Assembly: GCA_000165425.1 (NCBI GenBank)
Contig: CT868008.1
Span: 1-64,000, forward strand
Direction: 5' to 3'
DNA: 64,000 nt
Source: Paramecium tetraurelia
Lineage: Eukaryota
The translations under genes and the position numbers were made by a program. The notes under the pieces are model-generated. The model searched no databases. It was not told the DNA's origin and saw only the letters and a list, made by a program, of their open reading frames with translations. Below, piece by piece: positions 12,040-24,478 of this stretch. Position 1 is the first letter of the stretch; each line of letters starts with the position of its first letter.

Positions 12040-13524
12040 ATGCAACGAGTAGCCCCCAACACGGTGAAGGAAGCCATGGCAAGGGTAGTGATTCCGAAAT
12101 AAACATCTCAGCCAAACATCTGTCCAGAACACAACAACTTCTTCCATATCCCTCCAAAATTTCAGCAATAGCGTTTGACCATCAAATAAACAATGCCCAC
12201 TTCCAAATCTATCGAAGAGAAGCGATACAAGCAACACAAAAACAACATCTCGGAAAATAACAACAATCGTACCAACAGCAGTTCTAAAAGTCGTGTCTCT
12301 GCTTTCGCCACCATGTAAGTTGAAGATGACTCATTGTATGGATCTTAAAATGGACTCAAACTACGAAAAATCATTGGGGACAGTCACATCCTCTCCTCAA
12401 ACATCCTTCAGCAACTGTATGTGTACACCTTATTATATAGATCCAAATAGAATCTAACCAGCAACCTCACGAGTGATTCTCAGAGTCCAGGCCAAAGGAA
12501 ACCCGTCAAAAGGAATTAAGAACTTTGGAATCTCAACACCCAAATCCAAGCCTCCTTGATTCATAAGAAATAGTTCTCCAGATGGGAATTTCATAAAGAG
12601 CATTTAATTAAACAGCAAAAGAATATGCAACTATACAAACAGCAATTTGTATCATTAAGTGATTTGAATGATGTCCAATAGCAAATAATGAATAACTTAT
12701 TCGAACTCTTCAACAGCATGTGTATTCAAGTCTTATGCGAACAAGAGGAGAAGTTTTATGAGATGATTGACTAAATCCGCAGAGAAAAGGACCTATGGTA
12801 AAATAATTATAAGTAAATTGAGTAAGAGAGAGACATCTTGCTTGAGACTGTTAAATAACTCAACACACCTAAATAGATAGCAAACAACAAGAACACCTAA
12901 AGTAATAATGTGGATAGTATGGATACAATCTAGTTGAAAGAAATGCAGGATGTCATGCAATAGAAGATTTAAGAGATGAGTGAAAAAGAGGCAAAATTGA
13001 TTAAATTGGTTTTGGCAATCAAAAAAAGTGGTATCGACATTGAAAAAATTTATAATGAAGAAGTCTTAAATGATGACAGCGTTGCTGAATAAACAGAGAA
13101 ATCCCTTGTCTAAAAACATCAGCATTACGAACGTAGTGTTCATGATGCAGACAATTCTGTTATAAATGATTCAGATGAATCCAGCTTTTGTTTCCTTAAT
13201 AGGTTTGACAATGAATCAATTGTTGAAAGCGTTAGAAAATTTGAATATAAAAATACCAACATTCTCGATACTAAATCTAATGTGAAATTGAAGTTGGATC
13301 TATCCAATATCCAAAAGAAAAACACATCCACCCAGGTAAATTAGAAATAGTAGAACCAAAAATAAACTATATAATAACACCAATTGAAATAGATGCAAAA
13401 ACTTAAACTTCCAGAACATTCAGATAATGTTGGTTTTCATCAAGAATTTATGTAAAAGTTAAATGAATTCTCTGAAAGTTGGAGAATCTAAGCTTTAAAA
13501 GATGAAAAAAGAACTAAATCTTGA
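12040..13524 (+). CDS. Hypothetical coiled-coil protein with C-terminal GFHQEFMQKLNEFSESWR motif
   Basis: MQRVAPNTVKEAMARVVIPK... to TGA at 13522-13524; one tiny intron ~12421-12441. Confidence 0.75.
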
Positions 13525-13549
13525 ACAATTATATATATATATTTATCTA

Positions 13550-14559
13550 TCATCTTTTTTATTAAATTTCCCTTATCTATTGATACATCTTTATCAAAAG
13601 ATCTAGACTGTTATTTCTAAAATAAGTAGCATCTTTATCGCATTTTTCACACCTATTACTCTAACATCTCGAACAAACACTATGACCACAAGGAACAAAT
13701 GTGGAAGGATTTGTATACATGTCTTTGCATTTAGTACATCTGAGACTGATGTAGAGATCAGTCTCTATTTATTAAAGCTTCTAATAAAGTTTCATGGTAG
13801 AATCACCTTCCTAAGTCTTCATTACAACTTGATTCATCTTATTTTATTCTATTGTGCAATCGATAGTCTTTTTAAGATTCAATATGTTATCAGGTAATTT
13901 GTATTAATTTGAAGTATCTTTCAAGAAGTTAACTTCGATTTGTAGTTTGTGAATCTTATCATAACAATTTAAGTGTTGGGATTTAAATTATTCATATTGG
14001 GATTTCTACTTTTCATATAATTCTTTGTATTATAAAACTTAATAGGCCTTGTTTTCGTAATCTTTATGGAAATCGATTATGATATCTTCATATTATTTCA
14101 CCAAAGGAGATTGTTTCAAATTTTCAATATAATTTTATTAAGGTTATTATTCCATCAACAATTATACCTAAACTTCTTTGTTCAAAGTTGGAACAAGGTC
14201 GGTTTATTAGATTTAAGAAATCATCTGTTTGCGACCTTTCTTGTTTAAACTTTATAGCAATTCTTCAATTTTCTACTCATAATATTTCTTGATCTATTTT
14301 TCTTGTTTAATTAATTGTTCTATTTGAGTCTACAATATATCAAGTACCTTAGTACTTTATATCTGAGACAGAGAGTGCATTGCTAATTCTGAATCTTCAT
14401 AACAAAAGATTTGTTCTATTGAACAAGTTCAATTTATTTTTGCAATTGATGCACCTGCTATTTCAAACGAGTCACTTCATCACCTCTTTTGGTATGTTCA
14501 TCAGGAGTTTGAGCACTCTGTTTGAACTTTTATAATTAAGGTAATGATTGATAATTCAT
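13550..14559 (-). CDS. Coiled-coil protein with C-terminal C3HC4 RING (putative E3 ligase)
   Basis: C-term CTKCKDMYTNPSTFVPCGHSVCSRCQSNRCEKC followed by FRNNSLDLL. Confidence 0.8.
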
Positions 14560-14999
14560 TAATAATAATTATTAGTATGCTTAAATAAAGTAGATCTAAG
14601 GAACATTCAGTAGGTAAATTGGTATTTAACACATATTAAAATTAAATGAAGATTTATCTATCCAAAATGCTTCTCAATTCAAGTATCGGTAGTTGTAAAG
14701 AATAGGGAATCAATCATCTAATTTAAATTTTGAAAAGAGTAAATTTCATAAAATTATATTCGTTATTCGTAATGTCAGTTCCAATCAAAAAAAAATGTAT
14801 TAACTGCAAGCCAGATAGGAAGGAGACATTTTCCATTTCTTTATTGCATTTGATATCAATTTGATGAAGATTATTTTCCAAATAATTAAGAAAAAATAAA
14901 CAAAAGAAAGCAAATAAGAACTTGATATAAATCCATATGATGCTCCTCTCAAGCAATAAAGGCAATAGATTAAATGTTATGAATATGTCTAAATTAATA

Positions 15000-15639
15000 T
15001 CACTCAACCAATATATGTTTTGACCAAAAGTTCACAGATTTTAAATACTCTTCTCTGTTCATTTCAACTCCTGAGCCTCCTTCTTTAGTTCCGAGGGAGT
15101 TTCTCATCGATGTGATAGGTAACATTGGTATTTCAGTATTTTCGTCTTGTGGTTTGATTGAAATTATGCCAAAATCATAATCAATTTGACCATGAATATC
15201 CTCAACTCCTTATGATTTATTTTCTTTAGTAATTTATTCTTTTGAGTAGAGGATTATGTCTAAGAATTTTGCTTTTTGCAATTCAATAGAACCTGCTGGA
15301 ATAAACCTTGTTAAAACAGGCAACTTAGTAATTAAATTAATATTTATACTTCTCTTTCATTTCTTGCTTTATATGCTGTTTTGATTAAATACTCATTTTC
15401 TTATGTTATTTTCAATATATAATTGGGTGTCTCTGTGAAATTTTCTATAAATATATGTTTACAGAATGGAGCATAACTAAAATACACAATTATTGGTACC
15501 CATCCTTTAAATCTTCCTTTCTGTATAATTCATTCACCTTTTCCACAAATTTCTCTCTGTCATAAAGAATTTATTAACTTCCTTATGTTCCAAACTGTCT
15601 GTAACAAAATGGGTCAAGAACTAATCTTTTCGCTTACAT
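15000..15639 (-). CDS. DUF3228 family protein
   Basis: DGYAPFCKHIFIENFT; ARNERELPVLTRF; FLDIILYSKEQ; GIISIKPQ; PMLPITSMRNSLGTKEGGSG; two tiny introns. Confidence 0.85.
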
Positions 15640-16362
15640 TAAAATATAATATAATATAAATTCTAGAAATAATCATAAAAAGATTAAATCAAATTTTAAA
15701 TGAAAACAAGAGCCATTCTTTGTTGATTGCTGTGATAAATTAGCCAATTATTAGTTAATAAATAAGGAATTAAGCATCATTTAATTAAATTTATTTAAGA
15801 AAAAGTAGGGTATAAATATATTGGAGACATAAATTGATGAGTTCATCTAAATTTAAGGTATGTATTATAATGTATATGAATAATTAGATGAGTTCTGGTT
15901 AATCTTCAAAGACTTCTATGAAGTACTATGAATGTTTGTTTATAAAATAAGAAAGCGTTTGAAAGTTTTGGTAAATGAACTTATAATTAATATTGAGAAT
16001 TTCAAAAATTAAAGTCTAATTTAAGAATACTTACATATCTTTATTAAAGGAGGAATAGAAGGATTAAAATTTGAAATTGTATTGTATATGTCTTATAAAT
16101 AAATTATAAGTTTTAATTATGTAATTTTAAAGGTGAAATTATTGCAAAATGTAAGTTGTTTAGCTTGATTTAAAGATAAATGAGTTTTCAATTCAATGAA
16201 GAAGGGGATTTTGAAAGGAGAATGAAGGGTATTATGGATAAAGCTTTGAGGATAAATAAATAAGGAGATAGAAAGGTATTAGAATATCAGAAAGAAATTT
16301 ATGGAAATAATGAAGAGAAATGTATAAAACAATTGAATATTCTGAATATATATTTTAAATTG

Positions 16363-17027
16363 TCAGCAGCATCCTCCTTATTTTTTTTAAACCTCGCTTT
16401 GAGGTTACTATGATAATTAAACATTGGATGGACGATCAAGAGGATCCTTGTTTTGTTTATCTATAACCATTTTGGCAATAGAATTGAAAATTTCATAGAT
16501 ATTGGTGCCATTTTTAGCAGAAGTTTCAAAAAAAGGGATGCCATATTGATCTGCTAATCTTTGACCTTCTTAAGTCTAAACTACTCTATCAGCACAATCG
16601 CTTTTGTTTGCAACTAGCAATTTACTCACCCCCTCTTAGGCATGAGTATTGATCTACTTCATCCAATTTTCTATGCTTAAGAATGGTGTTTAAATAATAC
16701 CTTTAGAATGAAACCCTATCGTCAACTCCATAAACCAAAATTATTCCTTAGGCTCCCTTGTAATAAGTTTAAGTGATGGTTCTAAATCTCTCTTAACCAG
16801 CAGTGTCCCAGATTTATATTTTAACCTTCTTGCCTCCAACTTCAATTGTCTTTAACTTAAAATCTATTCCTAGCAATGTGCCAATTTATAATACCAATAG
16901 TGGTCAAATGATTATTTGTAAACAGATTTTCACAATATCTCATTAACAAACAAGTTTTGCCAACTCCACTATCTCCAATGATAAGTAATTTAACAAGGAA
17001 ATCAAAATCTGCTTTTTTCTGAGACAT
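16363..17027 (-). CDS. RAB8: Rab GTPase, Rab8/Sec4 subfamily
   Basis: [40 protein letters not shown]-terminal GGCC prenylation site; two introns. Confidence 0.93.
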
Positions 17028-17041
17028 AATAATTTAAATTA

Positions 17042-17727
17042 ATGGAAACTTTTCATATAAATAATTCCTTGCATCTCTTTAAAAGGATTCCTTGGATGAA
17101 ATCAAGAGAGCCATAGTATATGGAAATGTCGACATCAGTAAACAAGGTAAAGAAACCCTCAACTTTTAAAGATGAAGGAAATAAAGCACAGTTTTAGGCT
17201 CTCAGGAGCAATCATTTGAAAATTGTTATAATTTGGTTTAGAATGAAAAGTCCATGAAGGTCTACAATGAATAGGGATAAGGACACTTACATCCTGTTGC
17301 TGGGGAAATCAATAAGAAAAATCTTCTTACTTGTTATCAAGCTAGTTAATCAAATCTAAAGAAAAATCTGAACAAAGGTAATTCTAAGATTATCAACATT
17401 CTACACCTGAAGTTGTAATTACTGAAATCAAATCACTCTTGTTAATAATCTAATGCAGAAAGCAAACCCTATTGCAGACAATTAAGCTAAAAATAATAAT
17501 AAAGATCTCATTAAATCTGTTGAATTATGCAACCTTGAAATAGAAATACTTAAAAGATGCAAGTAATTCATTTAGATCAAAATTGATGAGTTACTTTTTA
17601 GGTTTTCAAACATGTTTGCTGTTGATCCAGCTGAGAAGATAAATTTATAGAAGATTATGATAAATGATTTTAGAAGAAATACTTTCCAAGAAACAAAACT
17701 ATATAAATACGCATAAGTATATTGAGA
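17042..17727 (+). pseudogene. Decayed gene remnant, possibly kinase-derived
   Basis: Coding-like composition but TGA stops in all three frames near 17217-17257; last segment NMFAVDPAEKINLQKIM weakly resembles kinase subdomain XI. Confidence 0.3.
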
Positions 17728-18293
17728 TTATAATAGTAGAAAACATCAGAATTTTAATCTTATCAAAATACCTTTATAATTAACTCGAAAGTTAGTATTA
17801 AATTAATGTGTACTCAAATTGATTCTTTATTTGCATTATAATTTTATGATTGAGTAAATATTTCCATCATTCTAAAAATAAAATGAAAAGCGAAATACTA
17901 TTTACTTGAAATTAGATAAATTAATTTATTTATAAGGAGAACAATAATCAAGATATTATAAATTGAACTTACAATTTTATATGTAATTATTACACTCATG
18001 CCAATTTTATTAATGATATATATACATAAAATTTTTGCCTACATCTATAAATAGCGATTATGTATGCTAGTGAAACAATGCAATAAATAATATCATATTA
18101 TACTTAGCTTGCAGACTCTGCTTAGAAATAGTATTATAAATTTGCTAACCTAATTTAATTTGAAATGGCAGAGATGACTTAATTATATATTATATAATAT
18201 TTATTAATACCTGATAATTTAGCTATATAAATATCTTCTTAAATTTTTTTGAATCTCGAAAAAAGAAATAAATTTGATAAAATTTATTTATTT

Positions 18294-19913
18294 ATGAATC
18301 TAGCATTAGTTTGGATTTTAATTCTGAGCATTTCAGCATTTGAAGTTAGAATTAATTTTGAGAAAGCAACTTCTGAAACACGAAGGAAGAATCATTTTAG
18401 CAGTTCAACATTTGAGAGCAATAAATTGAAGGCAACTGAAGATGACTCTAAAAAATATTTGGATGATTACATTTTAACAGTATTCTTGATTAATAATTCA
18501 GATTCCATTGACTTTGGGGCAGACTTAACTCAAATAAACAATAGATACTACTTCTTATATCTCTTGGGTTTATACCAAATAAACTGAGACTAACTTATGT
18601 ACTAATTGCCCAAATGATGCAGAAATATTCAAATGTGAAGGAAGTTGCTAATATTCAAAAACTGCAGATGATCAAAAAAAAATCCCGTTAACCACTGAAA
18701 ATACTTACGGAGGACGTGTAGTAGTTACAGGCTCATATGCAACTCAAGTATGAACTAATTCATGAAATAAGGATTCTTTAGAATTGATGGGATTGAAGGC
18801 AAACTAAGTTGGTCTTGGACTTATTGATAATTTAAATGCAAAGGAGGATCCCAAGTATGATTTTAAAGCAAAGAATGGTGTGATAGGTTTTGCTTATGGT
18901 TCAGATTATATTGAATACAAAAACAAGAAAAATGCTATGGTTGGGGAAGTTAAGAATGAACCACCTTTGGAGTAGACCCACAGTTTACTTTAATAGTAAT
19001 TTAATTATCATTAAAATAGATTCCATTCTCAATTGAATAATGTGTAAGCATCAACATTTGCAATAAAATTGGAAGATAATTTATCTTTATTGATTATTGG
19101 AGAATAATCGAACTATTTTGCAGAATCAAAATTCACTTAATTTACTAATGTAGGAAAAAAGGCGTGGGCTTTGAAAGTAAAAAAGATTGCATATGGTCTT
19201 GAAGGAAACTTTGCATGTAATCTGGTTATTTTAATTTTGCAGCTACTGGAACTGCCATTTTCGATAGCACCACTAGATTTATTTGGGCTGATAATTCAGT
19301 AATCCAAAGCTTCCTAAAGGAGATTAAGAATTTCCAAATTGTATTTTGATTTTTAATTTTAGGAATGCACTTAAGAAGATGGCCTATATAAATGCCCTTG
19401 TAATGATGAGCAATTTGAAAAATATAAAGACATTTACTTCTCATTTAATCTCCAGGATAAAATAGCATATCCATTATCCAAGTAGGATTACATTCACAGA
19501 GAACAAAACTAATGTTATCTGTTGATGAAAACTATCTCAGATAAGAATACATTAGCAACTCAATAAGAGAAACCTAATGTCATTATTCCATATACATTCT
19601 TTAAGTAATATTTCATTTTTAAGAATACATAGAAAAAATTTTGTGTTGTTCAATCCAAGATACAAACCAAATTTCAATTTCTCATTCATATCAAGTCAAT
19701 CCTGATGAAATTCACTCCCCTAAAATACAATTCTTTACACAGCAATTGTCGGAGTATTGTTGCTTTTGTTGTCATTATTCCTTCTGGTAAATTGTATGCA
19801 GTAATAAATTGTCATCTATATAATAGTAAAGCTCCTTATGATCAGGATTATTTGCATTAAGTTGACTCTGGTAAGGGTGGATAATCAAGACCTGTTGTTA
19901 ATTATTAGTAACC

Positions 19914-19947
<34 letters not shown>

Positions 19948-20139
19948 GTGCCTCAATTCAATTAACAATATTAATAATCCTAACCAGCCATGTTTGGAGC
20001 TCCTCAAACATATTAATAACAGCCTTAAAGAGCTTAACCTCCTCAATATTAAGGTGGTCTCTATAATTCTAGCCCATAAAGAGCTAACCAAATCGGAATA
20101 AACTCTTAGGGATAATATATGCCAGGGCAATATAGATGA
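18294..20139 (+). CDS. Membrane-anchored pepsin-like (A1) aspartic protease homolog with non-canonical catalytic motifs
   Basis: Signal peptide MNLALVWILILSISA; IDTTSYISWV (18541-18570); ENTYGG flap; GVIGFAY; AIFDSTTRFIW (~19254-19286); TM AIVGVLLLLLSLFLLV; Q/P/Y-rich tail. Confidence 0.8.
19915..19947 (+). repeat. (TAA)11 microsatellite encoding polyglutamine
   Basis: Eleven in-frame TAA codons inside the tail of the aspartic-protease-like gene. Confidence 0.9.
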
Positions 20140-20641
20140 TGAGAATGTTATAAATAAGATAATATAAAATAATTCAATTAGATTCTTTATTTTGAGTCTC
20201 TTTAAAGTATAATTATTTCATTATTAATTATCCTTATAGGATAAAGCAACATATTCACTTAATTAAGTAAATATGATTTATTTGTATCTATAGACAAAAT
20301 AATACTCTTATAAAAAATATAATATAGTCGCGTCTTATAACGAGATAATTAATTAGTTATAGAATCAATACTATATCTATAGTTTATTTAAAGACCTTTA
20401 TAAATCTAGAATTTAAGTTATTATTATAATATTCTATATTAAAAACCGATTAATTGACAGGTTTTATAACTCTACTTTATGCCTTGCTTCCTTTAGAAAT
20501 TTGAGGTCTCTTTTCTGGACTAAGAGAGCATAACTATTAGAGATCTTCAATTCTTTATTCATACTTGGTCTAATACTAATTGCAACTTGTAATAGACAAT
20601 TATTAAAATACATTAATGTTATCAAGTAACATATTTAATTA

Positions 20642-22283
20642 ATGATTATTAATCAACTCTTTGAGAAACTCACAGAGTCACCGAATTTCAAGAGCATATC
20701 TCTATTGATTAAGCTTTTTAGACTTGCATCGAAAGGAGATTAAGATGAGGATTAACCAGACCAAGCCATCGCAAAGTACTGCTAAGAACCTGAAGATTAC
20801 TCGAAGATTATTCAATTCTCATTACTACAACTTCCAAATATTTTAAGGGATTTTTATTAAGTGGATTATGCAGAAACATTTAAGAGAGAGCATATTGAAT
20901 CACATATTCATTAGGTTATCATAAGAGGGTTCTTCATCAAAGCAATGAATTTCTTGGAACATACTATAGAGACACAAGAGGCGTAGGAGGGAACAATCCT
21001 ATTTGTTATACGCGCTCTTGGAAATTTGAATATCGTGTTGACAGCCTTTGAAAGTTTGTAAAAGAAGGCATTGAAGTTATTGATACAAATATGGGGTGAT
21101 CATTTATCATTGTAAATCAAATTGCAAGCATTTGTGTAGGTTAGAAAGGTGTTTTAATCAATGGCTGATCATTAGCAATAAGACATTTTGAAAGTATATA
21201 AATATTGTAATTGCGTAGAAATTTTATGAGAAGTATTTGGAGTCAGCAAAGCACGTTCTATGGAGGAATTATGAAGCAATCAATTTCATGATCAATTGTA
21301 TCACTGAATTGTGCAATCTCAACATGAATCAAGCTTATTAAGTAGTGTATTTGAGTTTACAGAGATTGGTGAAAAAGATCAGAGATGCTAGTGTTTCTAA
21401 GAATCAATAAAATGTTTTATCCATTTACAATTAACAAACCTTGAATGTACTCAAGTTATGGGCTCAAGTAATTTGTACTCACAAGAGAGAGAATTAATTG
21501 GCTGACTTGATGCCTCCTTTCATTCAAATCACTCAATCAGTGTTAGACTTTTATCCTTGCATTGAAAATTACACCTTCTAATTATAGTTGATTGATATCT
21601 TAATCAAAGTGTCTTAGGTGTACAAGGTCAACTAAAATCTGTTGAGTTATATACTTAGAATGTTGAATTGTGCTGAGTTGAAGAGGAGAAAGTTAAAGAG
21701 CAGTGTTAAGCCATATGACTTTTTGATCAATATATCGATTAAACCGAAATACAAATAATCGGGAACATTTTGGGCTGATTTTTGTTAATAGATAGTCAAT
21801 AAGATAGTGATTTACTTATCCATATTCTCCACTGAAAAGTGGTTCTATGAATACACCTTATTTTTGGAGAAATAATTGAAAAGAATCTCAGAAGATTTTG
21901 GTTTCGTGGGCAATAAAATTAAGGTGAAGGATTTGATTCGGTTAATTGAACAACATAATAAAGGAGAAAAGGGGGAGAGCAATTTGTAGAGTGAAGCTTA
22001 GAGATTGGTTTATGAGTAGGAGGAATTGATTAAATAGAAGGTTATGTCTGAGAAATAGAGACAATAAGCAGGGGAAGAACTTGAGGAATCTGAATAGGAA
22101 ATTGATGATGAGAAGGAATAAGAATATGTGTTGGATGAGATTCGAAAGTATAAGGAGGACAAGAAGAAGGATGCTGTTGCTGAAGAGGATTATGAAGGGT
22201 TAAGTGAATATGAGGGAGATCCTGAGAATTATTAGGAGGAGCCTGATGGATAGGATGACTTAGATGATGATTCTGATAATTGA
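20642..22283 (+). CDS. NOC2: Nucleolar complex protein 2 (Noc2/NOC2L family)
   Basis: KALKLLIQIWG; WRNYEAINFMINCITEL; AYQVVYLSLQRL; SIYNQQTLNVLKLWAQVI; LMPPFIQI; acidic C-terminal tail. Confidence 0.85.
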
Positions 22284-22344
22284 ATTCTGTTTATTGTAAT
22301 TAAATCTTAACATATATAATTTATTAATAAAACTACAGTTGTAA

Positions 22345-24435
22345 ATGAGTATGCATAGCAAAAATAATGGAAGTCAAATCTCTTTGTATTAAAGTCCATC
22401 TCGAATCATTAAAGACGTTTAAGAGGTTTCCAAAGAATCAGCAGCAAAAAAGGTGTTGGAGAGGAGAATCCATGAATTGGAACTGAAATTAAAACAATAG
22501 GAAAATGTTATTTAGAGATATCAAACATAATTGGAAGAGTCTAATTAAGAAACAGAGTAAATAAGGAGGTAATTTGAAGATGCACGGAATGATGTTAGAT
22601 AGATGAGATTGCTTGGAGAGAAGAAAGATTAATAAATTGGAATGTTGTTGGAAGAGAATGACAAAGTAGTCTAACTATTAGAGGTCTAAAGAAATAATCA
22701 AGGGATTGATAATGCAGCGAATACCATTCAATAATTAGAACAAGAAGTAAGAGATCGTTTTGCTCGTGAAAAAAAGTTGAGTGAGGAGATCTAATAATAC
22801 AAGCTCAAAGTAATCAATCAAAGTTATCAATTAGATACATTCATTTGAAGATTAAATCAAAGAAAAGAATCATTTAATCGAAGATTTAAGAGATAAATTG
22901 AGTCATCAAGAAAAGCAATGTTCAGCTGATGCTTCGTTAGGTGTCCTTGCAAATAAGAGAGGAACAGAAATTGAAATATTAACTCTACAAAACACTGAAC
23001 TATAATCCTAGATACACAACTTAAAAAGCAAAATACAATTATTATTAGAGGAAAACTCAAACTTATAAAAAGCAATAGCAAATGAGAAGAGTTAGGAGAA
23101 TGAAGCTAAAATCTTTTCAGAAGATAGGTCTTAGGAAAAGATTAAAATAATTAATGATAATCATCAGAAAGAAATATCAAAATTAATGGAATAGCATAAA
23201 ATAGAAATTTAAGTAAAAACAGATATTATTGATCATCTAAAAGGCAATCTGAATCAATATAGTTCAAAAAAGTCTTAAATTGAAGAATTGTAAACTGTCA
23301 GAAATTCCATTCCTAAAAGGGTGGCTGGATTGTCAATATCATAGTCCCCTTAAGGTTAAACTAACGACCTTCAATAAGAATATGATAAATTACTCAAGAA
23401 AAACAACTAATTGAGTGAATAAATCTTCTTATTACAGTAGATAAAAAGAAAAGATGAGATTATCAACAAAGACAAAATGTAATAATTAGAAAAGGCTAAT
23501 GAAAAGCTATTAGAAACACAATCAATCAACGAAGCAAAAATAGAAGAATTGTAATAAAAGTTGAAGTAACTACCAACTAGAGTGAGGGAGAAAAGTATAG
23601 ATGATCTAAAATTAAGAACTGAATAAACTAAACTAACTGAATTAGATAATAAAGTCAAGAAACTCTAAGAGAAGATAGATTAATAAAATTTAGAAATCAA
23701 AGAGAAAAATTAAAAAATTAATCAATTATAAGAATAAGTGAAATAGGCTATTTATGAGAAGGATAATGCAATTTAATAGAATAAATTGGAGTGTGCTTAA
23801 GAAGTCAAATAAGTTCAGGATCAGATGAAGATGGAATTGTCAAATTAGCAAAAGTAATTTAATGATGCTTAGAAACCTTATCAAGACCAAATGAAGACTT
23901 AATCAATTGAACAATAGAAGTTGAAATCTCAAGCATAAAGATACTAGAATGAGATTAAAACTTTGGAAAATAGAATTGCAAGTATGAATAATCATAGATT
24001 GTAGATTTGTTGATGGAAAATGAATAGATTAAGACTTAAATGGAGAAACTAAAAGTCGCTAGTGAGAATTTGGTGAAGGATAAATAAGGTTAGGAAATGA
24101 AGATTTAAGAAAATTTAAGAGAGATTGAAGTTTGGAAGGAGAAATATGTGAAGAGTGTGTAAAATTGTGAGAAGTAAAATGAGCGAGTTGAAAAGGAAGT
24201 GGCAAAGAGTTAAGGTATTGTGATATAATTTAAGGTAATTTAAGGTTTGAAGGAAGAGATCAATAAATTGAATGAGCAATTAGAGTAGATAATAGAGTAA
24301 AACAGTACTTTAGAGGAATAATTATCTAAAGCCCAATAGGAGTCTCGAAATCTCAGGAATCAATTAGTAGATGGAGTGAGAAGAGAAAGTGGTTCAGGGA
24401 ATAAATCGAATGGATTTGTTAAGCATAAGGCATGA
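22345..24435 (+). CDS. Long coiled-coil protein
   Basis: MSMHSKNNGSQISLYQSPSR...; E/K/Q heptads throughout; several tiny introns. Confidence 0.75.
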
Positions 24436-24478
24436 AACTATTTATGAATATCGTATTAAGAAATTTAATAATTAATTA

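Noticed and set aside
19838..20130. ORF-track poly-Asn (+) and poly-Leu (-) proteins
   Set aside because: Alternative-frame and antisense readings of the (TAA)11 poly-Gln tract
20479..20641. Upstream ATG extension of Noc2
   Set aside because: Different frame ending at TGA ~20662; the Noc2-like sequence starts at 20642
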